Part shown: piece after piece, positions 21,709 through 29,835 of the stretch
Layout of the letters: each line of letters begins with the position of its first letter
Position numbering within the stretch: position 1 is the stretch's first letter
Assembly: GCA_963769025.1 (NCBI GenBank)
Contig: CAVYKI010000006.1
Location: 352,001 to 416,000, forward strand
Source: an uncultured Verrucomicrobiae bacterium
Lineage (GTDB): Bacteria > Verrucomicrobiota > Verrucomicrobiia > Chthoniobacterales > Chthoniobacteraceae
Length of the DNA stretch: 64,000 nucleotides
Direction: 5' to 3'
Made by a program: the position numbers and the translations under genes
The notes under the pieces: model-generated
The model's input: the letters and a program-made list of their open reading frames with translations, nothing else
What the model was told of the DNA's origin: nothing
Database searches by the model: none

Positions 21709-22515
21709 ATGATCAGAACGTCCCGTGTGCTTTTCGCGCTCGCGCTCCCGCTGTGGCTGGGTGGCTGCAATCGAAACGAAGTGACCTCGTCCGAGACGGT
21801 GCCGGAGGTCGTGGAGGCCAAGGAGCAGCTCTCGGCTCCCGTGGCGTTGCCCGAGAGTGTGCTGGGCGGGCAGCCGCAGTCGGGAATCTCGGACGCCGAG
21901 ACGGCGAAGTATGAGGCTTGGTTCCGGAAGTACGGGCTCGACCCGAAGGACCCCGCGATGCTCGACGCGGACTCGGACGGCGATGGGTTTTCCAACCGGG
22001 AGGAATTTCTCGCAGGGACGAATCCGCGCGATGCGCTCTCGATGCCGGGAATGCTCGAAGGCGTCGTGATGAAGGAACTGAACGACGTGCGTGTGCCGGT
22101 GATCCTGCGGTCGGTGAAGGACGGCAAGGCGCGCGTGGAGCGCCTCGACACTCCCGGCACGGAGGAGTGGACGCAGGGCGCGACGGTGAAGGGATTGCCC
22201 TATCGTGTCACCGCGGTGAAGCAGGAGGTGAAGGCGGACAAGCACGGCGTTTTCTCCGACGTTTCGCAGGTGACGCTGGAGAACCCGGACACGAAGGAAT
22301 CGGTGGTGCTCATCCGCGACTTGCCCGCGCGGAGCAGCGAGACGCACGCGGTCCTCACGGGGCCGGGCGGCTATGAGAAAAGGGTCCACGTCGATGAGAT
22401 CATCGAGCTGCCCGGCGAGAAGGGAAAGCAGTTCAAGGTGCTCGAACTCCGCCCGGACCAGGTGGTGGTCGAGGAGATGGGCGCGAGGCGGCCGCTGACG
22501 ATTCCAAAGCGGTGA
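21709..22515 (+). CDS. Lipoprotein with Ca-binding DxDxDG motif (resembles Amuc_1099-like pilus-system proteins)
   Basis: Lipobox-like LWLGGC; DADSDGDGFSNREEFLAGTNP; beta-rich C-terminal half. Family call is tentative. Confidence 0.6.
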   Translation: MIRTSRVLFALALPLWLGGCNRNEVTSSETVPEVVEAKEQLSAPVALPESVLGGQPQSGISDAETAKYEAWFRKYGLDPKDPAMLDADSDGDGFSNREEFLAGTNPRDALSMPGMLEGVVMKELNDVRVPVILRSVKDGKARVERLDTPGTEEWTQGATVKGLPYRVTAVKQEVKADKHGVFSDVSQVTLENPDTKESVVLIRDLPARSSETHAVLTGPGGYEKRVHVDEIIELPGEKGKQFKVLELRPDQVVVEEMGARRPLTIPKR

Positions 22516-22553
22516 CGGCGGCGGGGACGTTTTTTTGAGGAGGGAAACTGATC

Positions 22554-23885
22554 ATGCGTCTTTTCCGAAACCTTGCACTCATCGCCGCGTGTAGCGCCGT
22601 GTCGTTCGCGGCGGAGGACACGGGCAGGGCCGACTGGCCGCGCCTCCTCGGTCCGAGGGATAATTGCACGACGACGGAATCCGGATTGCTCCGCACATTT
22701 CCCGCGGGCGGATTGCCCGTGGTGTGGGAGATGCCGCTCGGCAGCGGAATGGGCGGGCCCGCGATCGTGGGAGGACAGCTCGTGGTCTTTCACCGCATCG
22801 GCGAAAAGGAAACCGTGGAGTGCCACGATACGGCGACGGGCAAGGCGCGTTGGAAATTTGATTACGCCGCCCCCTACCAGCCGCGCTACGGCGGAGGCAG
22901 CGGACCGCGGACGAGCCCGGTGATTGCCGGCGGTCGCGTGTTCACGTTCGGAGTCACCGGCCGCATGCATTGCCTCGACCTCGCGAGCGGGAAGGTGCTC
23001 TGGGAGCACGACTGTGCGCGTGAGTTTGCGATGCGGCCCACGTTCTTCGGATTCGGCTCCACGCCGCTCGTGATGGGCAGCCGCGTCATCGTGCAGCTCG
23101 GCGGGGTGCATGATGGGAAGCCGGTGAATTCCGTGGCGTTCGATGTCGCGACGGGGAAACTGCTGTGGGCCGCCGTGCACGAGTGGGGCGCGAGCTACGC
23201 GTCGTCCATCCCGGCGAAACTCCACGGCCGCGACTGCGTCCTTGTCTTTGCCGGAGGCATGAGCCGGCCGGCGACGGGCGGGCTGCTCGTCATCGACGCG
23301 GCGGATGGCAAGGTGCTCGCCGCCGTGCCGCATCGCGCGTCCATGGCGGAGTCCGTGAATGTGTCGGCGCCGGTCGTGGCATCCGCGGAGCCGGGCCAGC
23401 CGGCGCGGATCTTTGTGTCCGAGGCGTACACGGCGGGCGGCTTGTGCGTGGAGATCGCGGAGGATTTCTCGGCGCGGCAGGCGTGGCGCGCTCCGGAGTT
23501 TGGAACGTATTGGATGACATCGCTCGTCCGTGGGGGCCTGCTTTTTGGGTTCGTGGGAATGAACGAACAGCTCGCGGAACTCGTGTGCCAGGACATCGCG
23601 AGCGGCCGCGAACTGTGGCGCGACGACATGGGCCGCGGGTTTGGCCGCGCGAATCTCCTCGCGACCGGCGATGGCGTGCTGTGCCTCGGCGAATTCGGCG
23701 ACCTCGCGTGGCTGGAGCTCACCGCGAAGGGCGCGAAGATCGTCGCGCGCACGAAGCTCTTCGACGCGCCGGAGACATGGACGATGCCCGCTCTCAGCCA
23801 CGGGTTGCTCTACGTGCAGCAAAATGAACCGGCACGCGACGGTGCAAAGCCGCGGCTGATCTGCTACGACCTTCGCGCCAAATGA
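22554..23885 (+). CDS. PQQ-binding-like beta-propeller repeat protein (secreted)
   Basis: DWPRLLGP, GPRTSP, repeated LD..SGKVLW/ATGKLLW blades. Confidence 0.88.
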   Translation: MRLFRNLALIAACSAVSFAAEDTGRADWPRLLGPRDNCTTTESGLLRTFPAGGLPVVWEMPLGSGMGGPAIVGGQLVVFHRIGEKETVECHDTATGKARWKFDYAAPYQPRYGGGSGPRTSPVIAGGRVFTFGVTGRMHCLDLASGKVLWEHDCAREFAMRPTFFGFGSTPLVMGSRVIVQLGGVHDGKPVNSVAFDVATGKLLWAAVHEWGASYASSIPAKLHGRDCVLVFAGGMSRPATGGLLVIDAADGKVLAAVPHRASMAESVNVSAPVVASAEPGQPARIFVSEAYTAGGLCVEIAEDFSARQAWRAPEFGTYWMTSLVRGGLLFGFVGMNEQLAELVCQDIASGRELWRDDMGRGFGRANLLATGDGVLCLGEFGDLAWLELTAKGAKIVARTKLFDAPETWTMPALSHGLLYVQQNEPARDGAKPRLICYDLRAK

Positions 23886-25201
23886 ACATCGCCCTACTGA
23901 CGCCAGGCACCGGGAGCTACCACTGCGGGGTCTGCATGCGCGACAATGCGCTCGCGAAGGAACTCCACCGCTCGGGCCACCGTGCGCTGCTGCTGCCGAT
24001 GTATCTGCCGCTCACGCTCGACGAGGAGGCCGCCAGTCCCGGCGCACCGATTTTCTTCGGCGGCGTGAGCACGTACCTGCGTGAGAAAATCCCGTCGGCC
24101 CGGGAGATGCCGCGATGGCTGGATCGTCTGCTCAGCGCGCGGTGGATTTTGAAGCTGCTCGCGGGCCGTGCGGCGAAAACGGGCGGGCCGAAGGTCGCGG
24201 AGATGACGCTCTCGATGCTCCGCGGCGAGGCGGGCAACCAGGCCGGCGAATTGCGCGAGCTGGTCGCGTGGCTGAAGACCGCGTTCGACGGCGCGCCCCC
24301 GGATGCGATCTGGCTCTCCACCGCGCTGCAGGCCGGGCTCGCGCGTTCGCTTCGCGCGGAACTCGGCGTCCCGATCCTCGGCTTCCTGCAAGGCGAGGAT
24401 TCTTTCCTCGACGGCCTCGGCTCCCGCGCGCCCGAGGTGTGGACGCTGCTCTCCGAGCGGATGCGGGACGCGGATGCGTGGGTCGCGCCGAGCCATTACT
24501 TCGCCCAACAGATGGCCGCGCGGCTGCAATGGGACGCCGACGACGTGGCGCGCGGGATTCACGTGATCCCAAACGGGATCGTGACGGAGGATTTTGCCGA
24601 GGGCTTCATGCAGCCGCACACCCGCCCGACCATCGGCTACCTCGCGCGCTTCGTGCCGGGGAAGGGGCTCGGCGTGCTCGTCGAGGCATTCATCCTCCTG
24701 AAAAAGCGCAACGCCATTCCCGACCTCCTGCTGCGCTGCGCCGGCTCCATGACCGCCGACGACGCCCGCTACGTGGAGACGCTGCGCGCGAAACTCGCCG
24801 CCGCGGGCTGCGCGGGGGAGGTGGAATTCCTCCCGAACGTCTCCCGCGAGGAGAAGATTCATTTCCTGCGCGGGCTCGATGTCTTCAGCGTCCCGGCCAT
24901 GGTGAGCGAGGCCTTCGGGCTCTACGCCATCGAGGCCCTCGCCGCGGGCATCCCGGTGGTGCTGCCCCGCGCGTTTGCATTCCCGGAAATCGTCAACGCG
25001 AGCGGCGGCGGCGTCCTGTTCGAGCCGGGCGACAGCCCCGACAGCGCGGCGGCCGCACTCGCGGATGCGATCGAGGAAGTCTTCCGTCATCCCTCCCAAG
25101 GCCGCGCCCTCGGCGCTGCGGGCCGGGCTGCGGCGGTGGAAAAATATTCCCTCCGCACAATGGCCGCATCGTGCGTCGGGCTCGCCCGCACGCTGGGCTG
25201 A
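23882..25201 (+). CDS. Glycosyltransferase family 4
   Basis: IHVIPNG, GYLARF..GKG, EAFGLYAIEALAAGIPVV (EX7E); N-terminal CGVCMRDN; ATGA overlap with upstream gene. Confidence 0.92.
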   Translation: MNIALLTPGTGSYHCGVCMRDNALAKELHRSGHRALLLPMYLPLTLDEEAASPGAPIFFGGVSTYLREKIPSAREMPRWLDRLLSARWILKLLAGRAAKTGGPKVAEMTLSMLRGEAGNQAGELRELVAWLKTAFDGAPPDAIWLSTALQAGLARSLRAELGVPILGFLQGEDSFLDGLGSRAPEVWTLLSERMRDADAWVAPSHYFAQQMAARLQWDADDVARGIHVIPNGIVTEDFAEGFMQPHTRPTIGYLARFVPGKGLGVLVEAFILLKKRNAIPDLLLRCAGSMTADDARYVETLRAKLAAAGCAGEVEFLPNVSREEKIHFLRGLDVFSVPAMVSEAFGLYAIEALAAGIPVVLPRAFAFPEIVNASGGGVLFEPGDSPDSAAAALADAIEEVFRHPSQGRALGAAGRAAAVEKYSLRTMAASCVGLARTLG

Positions 25202-25292
25202 GAAATGCAGGACTTCGGAGGCGGTGTGTCATCCGTGCCACCGGTGCGCCCGCACCAACACAAACACCACTCAGTTCACCCAACTTCCATCT

Positions 25293-25314
25293 TGAGCCCT
25301 TTCTATTGGGCTCA
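25293..25314. terminator. Short hairpin at the end of the DoxX-like gene
   Basis: TGAGCCC-TTTCTATT-GGGCTCA overlapping the stop codon; no clear U-tract. Confidence 0.35.
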
Positions 25315-25764
25315 GGCGATGTTTGCATGCTGTTTGACGGCAAACCAATATATCCATCCCATAAGGAACAACTGAAGCGGGATGCGAACCAAAAGGTAGG
25401 AGGGCCCGGAGGCATGGCCGCCAAAATCAACCCGCTGCCACGCAGCATAGATGTTGGAAGGAACAAGCAGGAGCAGGAATACGCACAACACAAGACCTGC
25501 GTGACGTGACAAGGGCGTGATGAGAATGGCAGCAGCGGCGAGCAACTCGAAGACGCCTGTGATGTAAACAAGCGGCGTGCGCATGGGCACCCAGCTCGGA
25601 AGCATCTGCGTCATCGCGGCGGTCTTGATGAAATGGCCGACACCGGTAAACGCGAAAACGAGCGCGATGCCCACTCGCCCACGAAGCACTTCCGGAACGT
25701 GTGCAAACGTCAGGAGCCAGTAGGGAAGCAAGAGCAGCGTGAGGATGATTGCGATATTTGTCAT
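25312..25764 (-). CDS. DoxX-like membrane protein (probable last cassette gene)
   Basis: GVGHF, MLPSWVP, LVYITGVFE, PSNIY, RIPLQ; lower GC and different codon usage than flanks. Confidence 0.85.
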   Translation of the reverse strand: MTNIAIILTLLLLPYWLLTFAHVPEVLRGRVGIALVFAFTGVGHFIKTAAMTQMLPSWVPMRTPLVYITGVFELLAAAAILITPLSRHAGLVLCVFLLLLVPSNIYAAWQRVDFGGHASGPSYLLVRIPLQLFLMGWIYWFAVKQHANIA

Positions 25765-25778
25765 GGTGTGTGGAAGCC

Positions 25779-25859
25779 ACTTGCCGACCCCAAGCTCAGC
25801 GACAGCCGGAGCCGTTCGCAGCAGCCATCTTCAGGCGTCGCGGGTGTTGGGAGTTCGGC
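25779..25859 (-). mobile_element. Degenerate integron attC site (C)
   Basis: Minus strand: R'' GCCGAAC 10 nt after pectate lyase stop; right arm CGGCTCCGGCTGTCGCTGAGCTTGGGGTCG; invariant GTT of R' lost; 29/32 nt identical to attC-A (25785-25816 vs 28198-28229). Confidence 0.7.
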
Positions 25860-25869
25860 GGTTGCACGC

Positions 25870-27369
25870 TCATTGGAGCGGGTAGTTGTGCGTGTTAATG
25901 TTATTTTCGGCCTTCGTGTAAGCGACGAACACCGTCGGGTCGGTGCCGTTCAGATACTCTTCCACATTGGTGTAGCCGTCTTTGTCTTTGTCCTGCGGGC
26001 CGTCGGCCGTGTCGTTTGGATTCAAGCCGTGCTTCTTCTCCCATTCATCCGGCATTCCGTCGTCATCGCTGTCCGGTGGCGCAGGCAGGCTTGGGAGTGC
26101 CGGCCAGCCGCCCACGTCCGCGGGAGAGTCGATGATGCCGGTCATCTTGGACGGATCTGCGACGCGTGCATTCTTCTTGTAGGTTTCCCCTTCGTAAGTC
26201 GCGTAGCCGCCGCGGACTTCGTCCACGATGCGGGCATCGATGCTGTCGCGGTTGGGGAGGGAAGCCCCCGCCTTCTCCAGCACGGTGCGATAGGCTTCCT
26301 GCGCGGTTTGTTGGCGGATGGGCAGCGCGGGCCACGGCTGATCGAGCCGGAGCGCCGCCAATGCAGCCTCACCGCCTTCCGCCTGCACGCCGCCCTTCCA
26401 GTTGTTGGCGGTCACCGCCTCGTTGCCCTCCATTACGTTACCGGCCACATGCCATTTGCCGTAATCCTCCACCCCCTTCCGTGAGGACGGGTTGACGATC
26501 CGGTGCCTGATCTCACCCGGAACGGTCGCCGGCCCCGGCTTGTAATAGTTGGCCACCATGTTGATGGTCGTGGGGTTGACCTGCGGGGTGTTTGTATCCG
26601 GCCTGTCGCCCTTCTCGCCACCGTAGGTGCTGTTGTTACCCCAGTTGTACACGACGTTGTTGCGAAAATCCGAATGGCCGCTGGCCGAAGCGAAACGGGG
26701 GTTCCGGCTCGTGTGGTGCGCCAGCAGATTATGATGATAGCTGTTGTGGTTGCCGCCCCAGATGCCGCCAAAGCCGTGCGCTCCCTTGACGTGCCCGGCG
26801 CTATACAGGCTTTCCGTGATCATGCACCACTGCACCGTCACGTTCTCGCAATGATAGACCGACATCGCTTCATCCACGCTCCAACTCACCGACAGATGAT
26901 CAAGGATGATGTTCCTGTGTCCGCGGCCACCGACAGCATCATGATCGATCCCCGATGCGTTTCCCGTTCTCACCCGCAGGTAGCGGATGATAACCTCGTC
27001 GGCATTGATGCTCAGGGGATAGTCTTTGAGGCAGATGCCGCCTCCGGGTGCCGTCTGCCCGGCGATGGTGATGTAAGGATTGGAGATTTTCAGGGGGCTC
27101 TTCAGAGCGATGGTGCCTGATACCCTGAACACCACGATGCGCGGCCCCTTCGCTGTGACCGCAGCGCGGAGGCTTCCGGGCCCGGAGTCATCCAGGTTCG
27201 TCACCGCCATCACGCGCCCGCCCCGTCCACCCGTGGTCTTCGAGCCATAGCCCTCCGCGCCGGGAAAGGCAGGAATCTCACCGGCGGATGCGACGTGAAT
27301 GCCCTGCGCCAGCAGGGTGCAAAGGATCGGAAGCAGGCACCAGCCCGCGTTCTTTGTAGCGGTTTTCAT
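25870..27369 (-). CDS. Secreted pectate lyase (PL1-like) with C-terminal Ca-binding DxDxDG motifs; gene cassette
   Basis: AFPGAEGYG.KTTGGRGG, VTNLDDSGPGSLR, IAGQTAPGGG, DHLSVSWSVDE, HHTSRNPR, DSDDDGMPDEWE, DGYTNVEEYLNG. Confidence 0.9.
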   Translation of the reverse strand: MKTATKNAGWCLLPILCTLLAQGIHVASAGEIPAFPGAEGYGSKTTGGRGGRVMAVTNLDDSGPGSLRAAVTAKGPRIVVFRVSGTIALKSPLKISNPYITIAGQTAPGGGICLKDYPLSINADEVIIRYLRVRTGNASGIDHDAVGGRGHRNIILDHLSVSWSVDEAMSVYHCENVTVQWCMITESLYSAGHVKGAHGFGGIWGGNHNSYHHNLLAHHTSRNPRFASASGHSDFRNNVVYNWGNNSTYGGEKGDRPDTNTPQVNPTTINMVANYYKPGPATVPGEIRHRIVNPSSRKGVEDYGKWHVAGNVMEGNEAVTANNWKGGVQAEGGEAALAALRLDQPWPALPIRQQTAQEAYRTVLEKAGASLPNRDSIDARIVDEVRGGYATYEGETYKKNARVADPSKMTGIIDSPADVGGWPALPSLPAPPDSDDDGMPDEWEKKHGLNPNDTADGPQDKDKDGYTNVEEYLNGTDPTVFVAYTKAENNINTHNYPLQ

Positions 27370-27385
27370 AGAAATGCATACCAGC

Positions 27386-27468
27386 GCCTAACGCTCGCTA
27401 GCTCAGCGGCGGCGGCAGGACCACAGGCCGTGACGCCCGGAGCCGGCCGCTGCAGAGCATGGGTCGGC
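27386..27468 (-). mobile_element. Integron attC site (B)
   Basis: Minus strand: R'' GCCGACC (AAC->ACC) 7 nt after methyltransferase stop, L'' TCTGCAGC, palindromic core, L' GCTGAGC, R' GTTAGGC 16 nt before pectate lyase ATG. Confidence 0.85.
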
Positions 27469-27475
27469 GTTGCGG

Positions 27476-28192
27476 TCATGGAGAAAAAACGAGTCGGGCC
27501 AGATAATGACCACTCTCCTCGTCAGCGAGCTTCTCTGCCAGCCAGCCATGTCTTTGGGCGTGTTCCCGCAGAGTATCGAAGTCGATGTGCAGCCAATCAA
27601 AGGCCTCCCCCCGGCGCCCGCGATACTCGATGCAGAACCTCATCTGTCCCGCGGGTCGGCCCTGGCTTTGGTTGGTTTCTTGGTAGGCAAGGTGCGTCGG
27701 GTTGCTTGTCCGGCGCACATCGAGCGAGTCGCATAAAATCTGTCCAGATGGGGACAGAAGATTCTGCGCGTGGTCGAAGAACGCCGCCGCACCGCTGAGA
27801 GTGCCCACCAACCCAAAGCCGTTCATGAGCATCAGGATCGTGTCGAACTCGCGCGCGGCGAGCGTGAAGACGCTCGCCGACAATGCGTCCGCAACTCCGC
27901 GCTCGGACATGATGGCGACAAGCTCCGGCTCGATTTCGATGGAGGTCACGTGGGCCAGGCGGCTCTGAAGGACGAGGGAGTGACGCCCGACACCGGCTCC
28001 GACGTCGAGAACTCTCCCGGAAGCGCGATCAAGGGCAAGCTGCTCAATCGGGTTGAACGGCCGGGCAGCGAACGCCGCCGACACAGGGACAAGCTGTGAC
28101 CAGCCATCGTCGCGGTGGACGGTGTAAGCAGCCTCTGCATCCCCGCGCCAATAATCGAGCATCGCCTCCGAATACGGGCTACACGGTTTCAT
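27476..28192 (-). CDS. Class I SAM-dependent methyltransferase; gene cassette
   Basis: GRVLDVGAGVGRHS, FDTILMLMNGFGLVG, FDWLHID; flanked by attC sites. Confidence 0.9.
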   Translation of the reverse strand: MKPCSPYSEAMLDYWRGDAEAAYTVHRDDGWSQLVPVSAAFAARPFNPIEQLALDRASGRVLDVGAGVGRHSLVLQSRLAHVTSIEIEPELVAIMSERGVADALSASVFTLAAREFDTILMLMNGFGLVGTLSGAAAFFDHAQNLLSPSGQILCDSLDVRRTSNPTHLAYQETNQSQGRPAGQMRFCIEYRGRRGEAFDWLHIDFDTLREHAQRHGWLAEKLADEESGHYLARLVFSP

Positions 28193-28257
28193 GAGAACGA
28201 CCCCAAGCTCAGCGACGCACGGAGCCGTTAGAGGAGAGCTCCAGCGCCTGGTTAGGC
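28192..28257 (-). mobile_element. Integron attC site (A)
   Basis: Minus strand: GCCTAAC-CAGGC-GCTGGAGC...GCTGAGC-TTGGGGTC-GTTCTCA; AAC and GTT intact; R' abuts the methyltransferase ATG. Confidence 0.85.
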
Positions 28258-28282
28258 GTTGCGGATGTTGGAATGGCCGCTC

Positions 28283-28345
28283 TCATGGAGAAAAAAGACT
28301 GAAAATGCCCCTCGCGGCGATCGGATTTCTTCGACATGGCTGCAT
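28283..28345 (-). other. 20-codon ORF (MQPCRRNPIAARGIFSLFSP) in a ~175-bp mini cassette
   Basis: Lies between GTTAGGC (28367-28373) and R'' GCCTAAC (28251-28257), which are perfect complements as expected for one cassette. Confidence 0.45.
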
Positions 28346-28366
28346 TCACGGGAGATGTGCGAAGTC

Positions 28367-28390
28367 GCCTAACCTCTTGATTGAGCCGCG
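28367..28390 (-). mobile_element. Putative attI-like site heading the cassette array
   Basis: Minus strand CGCGGCTCAATCAAGAG/GTTAGGC: GTTRRRY core preceded by an A-rich spacer and no attC-type palindrome. Confidence 0.55.
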
Positions 28391-28432
28391 GGGGTGCGGC
28401 GTATGGTTGCGATCCAAGGGCGGCATTTGCGC

Positions 28433-28461
28433 AGTGGAGCGGGGGCGGTTTACTCTGGCAA
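28433..28461 (-). promoter_or_regulatory. Possible cassette (Pc-like) promoter
   Basis: TTGCCA-17 nt-TCCACT pointing into the array; weak -10. Confidence 0.25.
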
Positions 28462-28702
28462 GCTGAAGTTGCCGGGCTGCATAGGCCGCAAGGTTGCGGC
28501 GTGGGGGCGGGATAGGCTGCAGGGCGATGTTTGGGCGCGCGCGGAGCCGGTGGGGCCCGGACATTTGCCGTGGACTGCGACGCGGGGAGCGGGTGGCAGG
28601 AGGGATGCCGGGGCGGCAGAAGGGGGCCATGACGGAAATGGGTGGGTCGGAATCCTATGTTCCGCCTGGCCCCCTTGGTGCGGCGAGGGACTGGGGCGGC
28701 GG

Positions 28703-29401
28703 CTACCCGCCGACGGTGATTTCGACGGTGTTGCTCCACACGCCGACCTGGGCGTCGCCGACTCGGTAGATGGCGCGGTATTTCCATTTGGTGGGGGTGG
28801 CGGGGAACGGGAAGGTGTCGGTGTAGTTGGGCGTGGTGTCGAAGGCCAGCATCACCCAGCCTTTGCCGTCGCCGCGGTCCACCTGGAGCTCGAGCATGTC
28901 GAGGAAGGCGCTGAACCCCTGCCAGCCCCAGGCGATGAGCACGGCGTTGCCGATGAGCGTGACCGTGAGGCTGGCCTGCAGCGTGGCGAAGTCGGGCGCG
29001 CCCTTCACGGCGCCCTCGATGCCGAGCGCCTCGCCGATGGCGGGGTTGTAGTTCGCATGGGCCTTGATCTGTTTTACGAGGGCGCGGAAGCGCACCTCGA
29101 TGCCGGGCGGCACGGCGGGGACGGCGGCGGGGAACGTGGGCGCCACGGGCGCGCCCGAGGGCGGCACCGCGCCGCCGTCACGCGCGAGCTTCTTCCACGC
29201 CGTCCACTGCTGGGCGCTGCCCTGCATGATGGCGTGGCACGTGACGGCATAGGCAAAATAGTCCGCATCGGCGGCGTGGGCTGTGACCTGCGCGGGGGTG
29301 ACGTCGAGCAGGGTCGCATAGCCGCCGATGCCGGTCTTGAAGGTGGTGAGTTGCGCGGCGAACAGGTCGTCGTTGGGATTGATGTAGTCTGCTTTTGGCA
29401 T
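28703..29401 (-). CDS. Hypothetical protein: helical N-terminal domain, Pro-rich linker, FN3/Ig-like C-terminal domain
   Basis: MPKADYINPNDDLF...; GGAG RBS; C-terminal WKYRAIY....QVGVWSNTVEITV typical of an FN3-like end; very GC3-rich codons. Confidence 0.85.
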   Translation of the reverse strand: MPKADYINPNDDLFAAQLTTFKTGIGGYATLLDVTPAQVTAHAADADYFAYAVTCHAIMQGSAQQWTAWKKLARDGGAVPPSGAPVAPTFPAAVPAVPPGIEVRFRALVKQIKAHANYNPAIGEALGIEGAVKGAPDFATLQASLTVTLIGNAVLIAWGWQGFSAFLDMLELQVDRGDGKGWVMLAFDTTPNYTDTFPFPATPTKWKYRAIYRVGDAQVGVWSNTVEITVGG

Positions 29402-29835
29402 TTTGATCTCCGGTGTGGAAAAAAGGTCCTCCCACGCCGACGGGAGATTCTGTCGTGCGGAAAATGGGAGCGGCGGCGCGGTCGGACCGAACGCGCGCAT
29501 GGCCGAGGTGAATCCGGAGGCGCGAAATGGCGTGGGCGGGGCCGGCGAAGCATTTGCCGGCCACCAAGGCGGCGCTGGCCTATGCGGCCTATGGGTTTCG
29601 CTCCCGCCGAGCGGGGGAGCCGTGGTACATTCCTGGAACATTTGCTTCCACCGAATTACCCGACCCATGCGTGTTTGTTACACGCTTCGGAAAACTTTTT
29701 CCGGCGGTCCGCTAATGGGCCCGCATTGCTCGGGCAGGACGGAGCGGGGGACCATGGCAAATGGCAGACACGATTGCCTGCAACACGTCCGCCCGGTTTC
29801 CGCCGCGGGTCCTCGGCGGTACGTCCGCGGGCCCG

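Noticed and set aside
25202..25311. A fourth attC downstream of the DoxX-like gene
   Set aside because: GCCCAAT and GTTGGGT resemble R''/R' but are too close together and lack L boxes; at most a remnant.
28374..28702. Integron integrase remnant
   Set aside because: No IntI or tyrosine-recombinase motifs were recognised by eye in the translated frames; a tBLASTn search is still needed.
29402..29835. Known riboswitch class upstream of the FN3-like gene
   Set aside because: No recognisable conserved aptamer motif (c-di-GMP, SAM, TPP, cobalamin, FMN); only a generic hairpin is reported.
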